DNA of 64,000 bases, taken from NCBI GenBank assembly GCA_963817895.1, contig CAWFQB010000004.1:935908-999907 (forward strand), read 5' to 3'. Source of the DNA: an uncultured Chthonomonadaceae bacterium. GTDB lineage: Bacteria > Armatimonadota > Chthonomonadetes > Chthonomonadales > Chthonomonadaceae. Numbering within the stretch: position 1 is the first letter of the stretch; every line of letters begins with the position of its first letter. Positions 45,291 through 56,333 of this stretch are shown here, one piece after another. A model generated the notes under the pieces. It had not been told where the DNA came from and did no database searches. It was given only the letters and a program-made list of their open reading frames with translations. The translations under genes were made by a program, and so were the position numbers.

Positions 45291-45291
45291 T

Positions 45292-47925
45292 ATGGCACAC
45301 CTGAACCCTGAACAATTAGAAGCCTATCGCTCGGGCAAAATGTTCGCAGACGCGCGGCAGCAGGCCGCCGCGCACCTTGCGGATTGTGATGTGTGCCTTT
45401 CCGATTTGAGAGCCTTGCCGCTTCCTGTCGCTACAGCTTGTAGCGGCGGAAAAGGACGCGGATGCGTTTGCGGAGTTTGATGAGCATCTTAGCGTGGAGG
45501 AAATCACAGACTATATTGATGGCGAGGCGACGCGCGTGATGGAAGCAAGGATCGAAACGCATGTGGATACCTGCACATTTTGCCGCTATCGCGTAAACGA
45601 TCTGCGCGCCTTCAAAGCGGAAGTCGAGAGCGTTCCGGCGCTTTCTCCGGGTGGCGCGTCTGTGGCTCGGAATGTCTTTACCCCGTCTTCTATTTCCTCC
45701 TTATGGCGGGCGCGTCTGTCCGCGTTCTTTGCCGCGCTGAAAACACCACAACTCCAGACAAAGTGGCTTGTCGGGGCAACTGTGACCGGAGCCATAGCCG
45801 CGTTTTTGATTTTGCGCCCACATTCAGAGCCGAAGTCAGGGCCTGAATTTGATGTGACCGGTCAGAAATTGACGCGGCAATTGCAGCAGCCTGTATCCCC
45901 GGTTCAGAGTGGGCATAAGCTACGCGATCATGAACTAGCGACGCCCCGCAATAACCGCCGGCGTCTGACCGGCGCGAAAAAACCTGAACGAGAATTACAC
46001 ACACGGCCGGAACCCCACGTTGCCGGTGGCGGACAAAAAACAGCCGTAAAGCCTGTACACACGGGCGTGAACACACACGCGGACACGGTTGTTAAAACGC
46101 CGGAGGCATCCGAAACCCATGACACTTTGCCGCCGCTGCAAATGGCGGAACCAATGTTGTCGCCGACCATCCATCAAAACCAACCTGCGCTGTCGTCTTC
46201 GCAGCCCGTTCAGCCGACACAAAAATCTATTCAGCCGCCGCCCTCATCGGTTTTACCAAAGCCGAAACTCGTTCCGCCGTCGCCGCGATTGCCCAAATCC
46301 TTGCCGCAACTGGCTTTGCCGGCGCAGCATCGGGGTATTCATCAGGAACAAACATCTGTGCCATCGCCACAGCCTGTTCAGCCGTCTCTTCGTCTGCCCA
46401 GGTCGTCACCGCCAGCGACTATGCCAGCTTCGCAGCCGGTTCAGCCGCCACAAAAAACTATTCAGCCGCCGCCGCAAATAGCGGTTGCCCCGCCACAACC
46501 GGCGGTGCCATTGCCGCAACCGACGGTGGCGGTAGCACAGCCGCCGGTTCATCAGAATGAACCGCCAGTCAGGGAGGCAGTTGTACATACGGCGTCCATC
46601 CACATGCAGGATGTTCCCATTTTTGCAGATGACCTGACGCCGCGCCGCTCTGGGAAACATTCCCAACCTGAACGATGAGGCCGCGCCGGAAGCGCGCATG
46701 ACCCTTGGCCGCAATAGTCACATGGTTATCTTTGGGGCGATAACGGATGTATGGTGTCCGCCGGGGAGTTTCATCGAACTGGTTCCCAACTTGAATATTG
46801 CCAACTTTAAGCCCGTCACCCTCACCGTGTATGATGGGCTGCAAGCCCATTCCTACCTGGCAGATACGAGGGAAATACTATGCGTGGACCCACCCGGCGG
46901 TGGCGTCAACCGTAAGGTCGTCACGGTCAAGGCTTTCGATGCGCAGGGCCACGACAGAGTTCTGATGCAGTGTACCGTACGCGCTCATGTTGCCAATCCC
47001 ATGGTAGCCGCCATTACAAAGCATAACGAGCAGTGTAGTATTCAAGTCCCAGACCGCCAGTTGTTCAAAAATACTTGCCTGTATCTGGGTGACATGTATA
47101 TGGGGCAAATAGGGCAAGGCGCAGGCAAGGTTGATCTGGACGAGCGCCTGCTCCCGCCGGGAAGATACCAATTCCAGATGGTTGTAAAGAATACGGATGA
47201 CATTCTCATGCCTGGTCCGATCAGCGATTTTACCGTGCCAACTCGCTACACGATTGAATGTCCGGGTGCCGAGCGAGAAATCGTCATCGGGGAGCATGCC
47301 GATGAGAAGCTAAGAGTCAGAATTACACATGCGCCAGGGTTGAGCATCAAGAAGACGCGCGTGTATATCGCGGGTATTTTCGGCGGGGAACGGGAAGGCG
47401 ACAGGTTTATAATGGATCTGCCTACGCGACGTGCCGAATGGCAGTTGCTTCATTGAAGTGGTCGGGATTGGCGACGATGGCGTTATGTACCCGGTGGAAA
47501 GCATTCCAATCAAGATCAGAAACGAACCCTGGGAAACACGCTTTACCCACACCGATGAGTACGAGCGCATGGAAGCGTACAACGCTAAAATTGATGAACT
47601 GTGGCAGGAGGTCCGCGCTAATCTCAAAGGCGCGGATTACGAGTCGGGCATTTATCTGGACAGTAACATGATTACGCTGGAAAGCATCACGAGGCATTAC
47701 AAAGTAGGAAAAAAAGGCGAATATCAGGCCGCTGCGGAAAAAGCGTTTATCCAGATGACGCAGTATCAACTGAAATTAGCCCGCGTGTGCCGAACAATAA
47801 AAATGCTGCCCCGCGCGAGTTCCCTGTACAAGAATGTGATACGCGAGATGGGCGTGTCTACGCCGGATGGAATCGCCGCCAGGACGGAACTCGAGGCGCT
47901 GCGACAACACGCCACTCTGATGTAA
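45292..47925 (+). CDS. Membrane anti-sigma/receptor: two zf-HC2 zinc fingers, transmembrane helix, Pro/Gln-rich stalk and a large ectodomain (frameshifts near 45420, 46640, 47425)
   Basis: HLADCDVC and HVDTCTFC; transmembrane WLVGATVTGAIAAFLIL; SQPVQP repeats. Alignment with the intact paralog at 49107-50525 continues across the 46640 and 47425 shifts. Confidence 0.8.
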
Positions 47926-48343
47926 TCAAGAAATTTCATAAAAAGTTTTACGAAAAGTGAAATTTTAAGGATATAACAGGGTAAAATCCGCATCTAGTGT
48001 AAATAGAAGGCGCACAACTTCTGAACTACCGGCAAAAATGCGTACTGGAATTTTTCTGAAAATTGCGGAGGGGATGTAAGAGGGCCATTTATGCAGGCGA
48101 CTACATCTGTATGAAGCAAGAGCAGGATTTCCCTTCTTACGCGGCGTCTCGGGCTGCGGGGTAAGTCTTCCATCGGCAGCAGGGGCTTGTAAGGCAGTCT
48201 GGCTGTGAAGGGAGTGGTTCGTTGATATGGAGAGTTTGCGTGTGCAGGTTTGTTCGCGCAACTCAAGTCATCTGTTTCCGGCGTCATTTGCGCGCTTTGC
48301 CTATCGCCTGCCATCGGCAGGCAGAAGTGGGAGAAATGATCTC

Positions 48344-48991
48344 ATGGTTCTTACTTTCAATCAATGCCTGGGCCGAACTCCTGGCCCTGGGGGCCTTCTG
48401 GCGCTGACCTTGAGTTACTCGCTCATGGCCTCGCAGCCGGCAGTTGCTCAGGCGCGTATGCAGCGCCCGCCCACGCCACATTACAGCGTTGGACTGAATG
48501 GCAGTCGCAGCGCGGTCAACCCCAACCTCGGACAGGGCGGCAACCCCAACCTCGGACAGGGCGGCAATCCGGGTCTTGGGCAAGGCGGCAACCCCTCGCT
48601 GGGGACCGGTGGTGGATTTGGGGGAGCGAACAGCGGAATCAATAATGGCGGGGGAGTACCCGGAAGAATCAGAGTTCCGGGACGCGCAGGCAACAATCCC
48701 GGCTTTGGCCCCATTATCCCGCCCGGAACGAAATTCGGCCCCATTATCCCGCCCGGAACGAAATTCGGCCCCGTTATTCCGCCCGGAACGAAATTCGGCC
48801 CCATTTTCCCACCCGGCACTAACTTTGGTCCCGCTGTCCCGCCCGGAACCCGGTTTGGCGCCCCCGGTAGTCCGGGTTTCGGGCAGGGCAGTAGTCCAAT
48901 CACACCGCGTGGGGGCAATGTCGGCGCGGGACAAGCCGGCAATGTCAATCGCGGCGCATCCTTTAGCCCGCCTCGTCGCCGCTCCCGGTAG
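48344..48991 (+). CDS. Secreted Gly/Pro-rich tandem peptide-repeat protein
   Basis: GGGAGA RBS before ATG 48344; signal-like GGLLALTLSYSLMASQPAVA-Q; four NPxLGxGG and five FGPxxPPGT(K/N/R) units; PPRRRSR tail. Confidence 0.72.
   Translation: MVLTFNQCLGRTPGPGGLLALTLSYSLMASQPAVAQARMQRPPTPHYSVGLNGSRSAVNPNLGQGGNPNLGQGGNPGLGQGGNPSLGTGGGFGGANSGINNGGGVPGRIRVPGRAGNNPGFGPIIPPGTKFGPIIPPGTKFGPVIPPGTKFGPIFPPGTNFGPAVPPGTRFGAPGSPGFGQGSSPITPRGGNVGAGQAGNVNRGASFSPPRRRSR
48518..48853 (+). repeat. Coding tandem repeats: 24 nt x4 (48518-48613) and 30 nt x5 (48704-48853)
   Basis: AACCCCAACCTCGGACAGGGCGGC and TTCGGCCCCATTATCCCGCCCGGAACGAAA units, multiples of 3, varying mostly at synonymous or conservative positions. 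Confidence 0.92.
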
Positions 48992-49106
48992 TTTCGTTCA
49001 GGCGAGCGGGGCATGGATGTATCGAATGTTGCGCTCGCCTGACCAATCCATGCGTAGGATCAAGTTCTCCAGCCTCATGTGATTTAGTAATTAGAAAGGG
49101 AAGACC

Positions 49107-50525
49107 ATGAATTTTGTACACAATTTCCGCCATGTTTCATTCTTCGGTGTTGTGGCGCTCTGCTGCCTGCCCGTCATAAGTTCCGCCCAAAAAGCGGACA
49201 CGCCCATCTATGCCGATGACCTGACACGCGACGCGGTGGGACCCATTCAACACGTTGATAACCAGGTTCCCGCAGAAGCGCGCATGAAGCCTGGTCCCCA
49301 GGGCCGGATGGTTGTAATGGGCGCAAAGACGGATGTATGGTGTCCGCCGGGGAAGTTCATCGAACTGGTTCCCAACATGAATATTGTCGGCTTTACTCCC
49401 GTCACCATCACCTTGTATGATGGGCTGCAAGTTCATTCCCAAGCAGCGGACTCGAAGGACATTCTGCGCGTTGACCCGCCCGTCGGAGGCGTCAACCGCA
49501 AGGTCGTCACGGTGAAGGCGTTCGATGCGCAGGGCCACGACACCGTCCTGATGCAGTGTACCGTGCGCTCTCGCATCAGCAAAGAAACCATTGCCACCTT
49601 GGACTATGAGGAGAATAAGGAAAAGTGCAGTTTCAAGATCAAGGATCGCGATCTGTACACGAACACCTGCCTGTATATGGGCGAAATGTACCTGGGCCGC
49701 GTGGAGGAAACCGCCGGTAAGATCGAAGTGGATGAGCGCCGCCTGCCGCCAGGCCACTACACCTGCCAGATGGTCGGCAAGAACTCGGACGACATTTACG
49801 TTCCGGGCGCGACCACTGAATTTGATGTGAAGCCGCGCTACCAAATCGAGTGCGCGGGCGCTGAACGGGAAATCGTCATCGGGGAACACGCCGACGAGAC
49901 GCTGAAGGTGAAGATTTCGCACACTCCCGGCCTGAGCATCAAGAAAACGCGCGTCTACATCGCGGGTATCAGGGCCGAGAAAGACATAGAGGGCGACGAT
50001 TTCACGGTGAACCTGCCCACGAAAGACGTGCCGACCGGCAAGTGTTTCATCGAGGTAGTAGGGATTGGTGACGATGGCTTCACATATCCGGTGGAGAGTA
50101 TTCCCATCAATATCAAGAACGAACCCTGGGATTCACGCTTTACCCACAGCGTTGATTACGAGCGCATGCAATCGTACCAGGCCAAAATAGATGAACTGTG
50201 GCAGGAAGTTCGCTCTAATATGACACGCGCCAGCCATGAGCCGGGCGTTTACATGGATACCAAGACGATTACGCTGGAAAGCATCACGAAACACTACAAG
50301 GTAGGCAAAAGCGCGGAGTTTTATGCCGCTGCGGAAAAAGCGTTTATCCAGATGACGCAAAACCAACTGAAATTGGCCCGCGTGTGCCGAACCATGAAGA
50401 TGCTGACCCGCGCGTGTTTCATGTTCAAGAATGTGGTGCGCGAGATGGGCGTGTCTACGCCGGATGGACTCGCTGCGAAGACGGAACTCGACGCGCTACG
50501 GAAACCGGACTCCAGCGTCCTGTAG
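49107..50525 (+). CDS. Secreted hypothetical protein, paralog of the anti-sigma ectodomain
   Basis: Intact 472-aa ORF, signal peptide ending ISSA-Q. Shares long identical blocks with 46600-47925 (TDVWCPPG, GGVNRKVVTVKAFDAQGHD, GLSIKKTRVYIAGI, AKIDELWQEVR, QLKLARVCRT). Confidence 0.9.
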   Translation: MNFVHNFRHVSFFGVVALCCLPVISSAQKADTPIYADDLTRDAVGPIQHVDNQVPAEARMKPGPQGRMVVMGAKTDVWCPPGKFIELVPNMNIVGFTPVTITLYDGLQVHSQAADSKDILRVDPPVGGVNRKVVTVKAFDAQGHDTVLMQCTVRSRISKETIATLDYEENKEKCSFKIKDRDLYTNTCLYMGEMYLGRVEETAGKIEVDERRLPPGHYTCQMVGKNSDDIYVPGATTEFDVKPRYQIECAGAEREIVIGEHADETLKVKISHTPGLSIKKTRVYIAGIRAEKDIEGDDFTVNLPTKDVPTGKCFIEVVGIGDDGFTYPVESIPINIKNEPWDSRFTHSVDYERMQSYQAKIDELWQEVRSNMTRASHEPGVYMDTKTITLESITKHYKVGKSAEFYAAAEKAFIQMTQNQLKLARVCRTMKMLTRACFMFKNVVREMGVSTPDGLAAKTELDALRKPDSSVL

Positions 50526-50530
50526 GATAG

Positions 50531-50670
50531 CCCTCAACCCCCAGCCCCTTCTCCCAAAAAAGCCTGGGAGAAGGGGAGCTACTTGATTGGTCTTCAACTC
50601 CCAATTCCTTCTCCCCCATGTTCCGTATTTCTGTTTCACCTTGAAATAGCTCATTTGGGAGAAGGGGTTG
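50531..50670. repeat. REP-like palindromes between convergent genes
   Basis: CCCTCAACCCCCAGCCCCTTCTCCCA..TGGGAGAAGGGGAGC plus a degenerate second unit; same family as 33078 and 37374. Confidence 0.7.
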
Positions 50671-50676
50671 CGCGTT

Positions 50677-52302
50677 TCAGGCGCGGCGCAGGACTTTGCC
50701 GGGGAGCGCGTAGGTGGGAGTATCCGCCTGTTTGGCGGCGACGCCGTTGACGAATACGTAGGGGATACCGGTTGGGAAGCGGAGCGGATCGTCGAAGGTG
50801 GCGGTATCGTGAATGGTTTGCGGGATCGAAGACAACGATGTCGGCGGCGTGTCCGATAGCGAGCGTGCCGCGCTGTTTCAGGCCCAATCGGGCGGCGGGC
50901 GCTCCGGTCATTTTGTGGATGGCGGTTTCGAGAGAGATCACGCGCTCGTCTCGGACATAGTGGCCGAGGACGCGGGGAAACGTTCCGTACAGGCGCGGGT
51001 GGGTTTTGCCGGGAAGGTGCAGGCCGTCGCTGCCGACCATCTGCCCCGGCCATTGCAGAATGTCGCGCACATTGCCCTCATGCGCGGCGTGATGCACATA
51101 GCAGGCGCGAAGTTCTTCCTCTTCCAGCAGATGGCAGACGAGTTCGCCGAGCGACAAGCCGCGCCGCTCCGCGATGACGGCGAAAGTCTCGCCCTCAAAG
51201 GGCGCGTTAGTGGCGGAAGATGCGCCGACAAGATTGTAGCGCGTGGCGTCAAGATTGGCATCATTGAGAAACGCGATAATGCCGTCACGCGACGTCCGGT
51301 TCCGCCAGGCGGCGCAAAATCGGGTCGGGGCCGCCGTCTACCGCCCACGCGGGCAGCAGCGATTGTATGAACGTAGAGCCTGCCGTATAGGGGTAGGTGT
51401 CGCAGGTGATGTCAATGCCGGATTGCCGCGCCCGGTCCAGCAGGGCAAGCAGTTCCGGGGCGCGTCCCGCGTTGTTCGGCGCCGTTCATTTGCAGGTGCG
51501 CGATTTCCAGTCTCGCGCCCGACTCGGCGGCAATGGCAAGACTCTCTTCCGTCGCCGATATGATATTGTCGCCATAGTCGCGCTGATGCGTGGCGAAAAA
51601 CCCGGCTGTTCGGCACAGCGTTACCAGTTCCTCGCGGCCTGCGGCCCGCATGGGCGCGTACCAGATGCCCGTACTCAGCCCCCACGCGCCCTCTTCCATC
51701 CCCTGCGCCACCATCGCCTGCATGAGCCGGAGTTCTTCTGACGTGGCCTCCCGTTCCGCCATGCCCATGACCGATACGCGGACCGACCCGTGCGGTATCA
51801 GATACACGATGTTCGCGCCAATCCCGTTCCGCTCGAAACTTGAAGAAAGTCAGCCACGCTACGCCAGTTCCAATTGACGATTGACGGATTGACGGATTTT
51901 TGATTGTGGATGGTGTCTTGTGCTCCTTTTCCTTCGCGATTGCTACGCCAAACAACCCGCCGATGTACTGCGCGCTGGATGCGCAGGGCTTCCTCGGTGA
52001 CGGGGGCGAAGCCTAGACCGCAGTTGGTGAAGACTTCCGTAGTGACGCCCTGCATGATTTTGGGCAGGTGCGCGGGGTGGGCGAGCAGGGCGATGTCGGC
52101 GTGGGTATGAATGTCTATAAATCCGGGCGCAAACGACCATGCCCGTGACATCAATGGTTGTCGTGGCCTGCGTTTCGGGCGGCAAGATGCCAATCGCGCG
52201 AATGTTGCTGCCCTCAACCGCAACATCGGCGGCATAGCCCGCGCTTCCCGTGCCGTCAATGACGGTTCCTCCGCGCAGCAATAAATCATAAGTTTCCGGC
52301 AT
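50677..52302 (-). CDS. N-acyl-D-amino-acid deacylase (D-aminoacylase; frameshifted)
   Basis: DLLLRGGTVIDGTG, APGFIDIHTHAD, QGVTTEVFTNCG, GAWGLSTG, GSDG..HPRLYGTFPRVLG and ADIVVFD. Confidence 0.9.
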
Positions 52303-52408
52303 GGTGTTCCTCTGCAGTGTTGAATCTTTTTCTGCGACTATGCTACCATAGTCTCCACGAAAACAACACAAAGCGGTGGTTTCAAATTTGAACAGAATTG
52401 AGGCGACA

Positions 52409-53685
<1,277 letters not shown>

Positions 53686-53757
53686 CTTCAATATCCGTGC
53701 AATACGAATATTTGAACCGCAAAGGGGCAAAGAAACGCAAAGAAAACAAAAGACAAG

Positions 53758-53886
53758 TGTGTGCCGGGTATTGAAAATACCCGGCAGGAAAGTGCAAGCG
53801 TCTTGCAGACGCGGATGCTATTGTTGATGGTTGCGTCTGAAAGACGCTTGCTTTGTCTTGCCGGGTATTTTCAATACCCGGCACAC
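53758..53886. repeat. REPIN/MITE-like inverted-repeat element, copy 1
   Basis: GTGTGCCGGGTATTGAAAATACCCGGCA...TGCCGGGTATTTTCAATACCCGGCACAC, with an inner GCAAGCGTCTT.CAGACGC/GCGTCTG.AAGACGCTTGC stem. Confidence 0.88.
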
Positions 53887-53939
53887 CCGAACAATGCGAG
53901 TGCCTATGGTTCATATAGGGCTTTTTGCTTGTGGAAAGG

Positions 53940-54458
53940 TTACTCTGCCGCGCTGAGAGCCGCGTCGTAGTTGGGTTCATTGGCGATTTCGGGGACGTAT
54001 TCGACGTGTTTGAGCGTCCCATCCGGGCCGACAACGAAGATGGAACGGGCCAGAACGCGCTGTAGGGGGCCTTCGGCAATCAGGACGCCATAGGCTTTGC
54101 CGAAGTTGGCGTCGCGGTGGTCGGACGCGGTTTGCAGTTTGTCAATGTTTTCCACGCCACAAAAGCGTCCCTGCGCAAAGGGCAAGTCCGTGCTGACGGT
54201 CAGCACAACAACATTCTCCGGCAACTGCGCGGCCTTCTGATTGAAGGTTCGGGTTTGGGTGGCGCACACGGGTGTATCCAGCGAGGGAACGACAGATAAA
54301 ACCAGTGTTTTGCCCGTGAAATCGGCGAGCGAAATGTCCTTCAGGCCGTCCGCAGTGTTGGCTTGAAGAGTGAAATCCGGGGCTTTGTCGCCGTTTCTCA
54401 GTTCCGGTCCGTCAACGGCAATAGGGCTGCCTTTCAGTGTAACACTTCGAGTGGACAT
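53940..54458 (-). CDS. tpx: Thiol peroxidase (atypical 2-Cys peroxiredoxin)
   Basis: SVVPSLDTPVC, STDLPFAQGRFC and EYVPEIANEPNYDAAL. Confidence 0.95.
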   Translation of the reverse strand: MSTRSVTLKGSPIAVDGPELRNGDKAPDFTLQANTADGLKDISLADFTGKTLVLSVVPSLDTPVCATQTRTFNQKAAQLPENVVVLTVSTDLPFAQGRFCGVENIDKLQTASDHRDANFGKAYGVLIAEGPLQRVLARSIFVVGPDGTLKHVEYVPEIANEPNYDAALSAAE

Positions 54459-54549
54459 GAAAATCTCCTTGTTTGTGTTTGGTGTTCGGGGTTCGGTGTT
54501 CGGGAAAAGGCTTGTATCCTGTATCTGCTTATCCCTTATTCCTTACACC

Positions 54550-55225
54550 TTATCCCTTGTTCGTATGTTCTATGTGGTCGAGAAGGCCGTCGGTGAGATG
54601 GTAGATGCTGTCGGCATCGGCCAGCATGCTTGGATCGTGGGTGACGACGATGACCGCGCCCTGACTCCGGTAGCGCATGAGCAGTTCGATGACCGCGCGG
54701 CCATTGGCGTGGTCGAGGGCGGCGGTGGGTTCGTCGGCGAAAATGATGGCGGGCTGATTGATCATAGCGCGGGCCACGACAAGCCGCTGCCGTTCGCCGC
54801 CGCTGAGATGCGCCGGGTAGCGTTCCGCCAGGGGCAGAATGTGCAGTTCATCCAAAAGGGCGTCCACGCGCTTTTTTACCTGCCGGTCATTGGCGGGCGC
54901 GGCGACAAGGACGTTTTCGCGGGCGGTCAGGTAGTTCAGCAAAAACGGCTGCTGAAACACGAAGCCGAAGCGTTCGCGCCGAGTTCAGTCCCCGCTCTTT
55001 TTCGCCCATTTGCGGTAACGACTTTTCCTCGTAAAACACATCGCCGGACGTGGGCAGTTTCAGGCCACTAAGCAGATAGAGCAGGGAACTTTTACCGCTG
55101 CCGGACGGCCCCATGATACCGTAAAACCCGCGCTCCGGGAACGAAACGGATATATCGCGCACGGCATACGTGATCTTGTCGCCATCCCCATAACTTAAAC
55201 TGACGTTTTCCGTTCTCAAACTCAT
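54550..55225 (-). CDS. ABC transporter ATP-binding protein, LolD/MacB-like (frameshift near 54985)
   Basis: [28 protein letters not shown] and VVTHD. Confidence 0.9.
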
Positions 55226-55241
55226 ACGCAGCTAACCTGTT

Positions 55242-56261
55242 TCATTTTGCTCCGGCTCTGACAAGCTGTTCAATCATGTCGTACCTGCGATTGGCAGCCG
55301 CAATCTCTTTCGGCGAAAGAACGCTTGGTATGCCAAAACTCAGCAAGTCCTCGTAAGAACGCTTGGGCCGCGGCGTATTCTCTAATGCGCAAGCGGCGTC
55401 CAATGTTGTATATCCATCCTGTGTTTTGATGTTGGGATTCGCGCCCTTCGACAACAGTAATTTTACAATTTCCAAATGATCGTTAATGGCAGCGGCTGTC
55501 AGGGCAGTTGTGCCGTGTACAGGCGCATTAACATCGGCTCCATGTTCAATCAGTAACTTCAAAATGGCCGTGTGACCCAACTGCGTGGCATTGAGCCAGA
55601 CGCATGACTTCTCACTGGAACAGTGTTTCCAATCAGCGCCATGCTCCAGTAAAATTCGCGCCTCCTCTACTTCATTGTTGTTGACAGCCACTTCAATTGC
55701 CGTAATATCATCCTTGACATGAGCATTGATATCAATGCCACTCTTGCAGAATAGTTCCATCTGGCGACCCATTTTGTATGTCGCCGCTATGTACAAAAGA
55801 TTGTTGCCTGACGAGTTGCATACGTGAATATCGGCTCCACGCGCTAGCAATAAAGGAATGATATCGGAGGGTCCTTTATGCGCCATCGCCCATATCAGTG
55901 TAGTGTTACCATACGTATCGCGCTGATTGACGGCAGCGCCTTGATCCAGAAACAGGCGTACCATATCGGTACGCCCCTGATGCGCGGCGGTATCAAGCGC
56001 CATCCACGGACCTTGCGAGTTATTCTCACTAGCCCAAAACACGATTTTCTTGAACTGGTTTGGGTTCGCGCCCCATCGCAGCAGCCTATGCGCATCAGAC
56101 ATTCTGCCTTCGTTCACGGCGTCAATCAATTGTCGCGTGAGCAACGGGTAGAAAAATAACTGCCAGCCAACCCATGAGGCGCAGGCGAACAACCCGAGTC
56201 TTATCATTTTGCGACTGGGGCGGGATAGTTTTTGATAGGAAGAGCGCAGGGACACGGCCAT
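55242..56261 (-). CDS. Ankyrin-repeat protein with N-terminal membrane anchor
   Basis: Repeated LL.xGA.VN..D..G.T.L units; more AT-rich than its flanks. Confidence 0.9.
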   Translation of the reverse strand: MAVSLRSSYQKLSRPSRKMIRLGLFACASWVGWQLFFYPLLTRQLIDAVNEGRMSDAHRLLRWGANPNQFKKIVFWASENNSQGPWMALDTAAHQGRTDMVRLFLDQGAAVNQRDTYGNTTLIWAMAHKGPSDIIPLLLARGADIHVCNSSGNNLLYIAATYKMGRQMELFCKSGIDINAHVKDDITAIEVAVNNNEVEEARILLEHGADWKHCSSEKSCVWLNATQLGHTAILKLLIEHGADVNAPVHGTTALTAAAINDHLEIVKLLLSKGANPNIKTQDGYTTLDAACALENTPRPKRSYEDLLSFGIPSVLSPKEIAAANRRYDMIEQLVRAGAK

Positions 56262-56333
56262 ACTCCTGAAAACGAAGCAAGCAGATTGCCTATTCGCGTG
56301 TATTCGCGTTCATTCGCGGCTAACCTTTATAAC

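Noticed and set aside
47926..48343. Small ORFs or a shared ECF promoter motif between the receptor and repeat-peptide genes
   Set aside because: The ORFs lack motifs or an RBS. CATCT recurs, but without consistent spacing to a -35 element, so no promoter can be supported.
48704..48853. 30-nt direct repeats as a CRISPR array
   Set aside because: The repeats are contiguous with no spacers, in frame, and vary like codons; there are no cas genes in the window.
46600..50525. The duplicated domain as a diversity-generating retroelement template/variable pair or an assembly duplicate
   Set aside because: Differences are spread over 1.3 kb and are not adenine-specific, both copies code for protein, and no reverse transcriptase is present.
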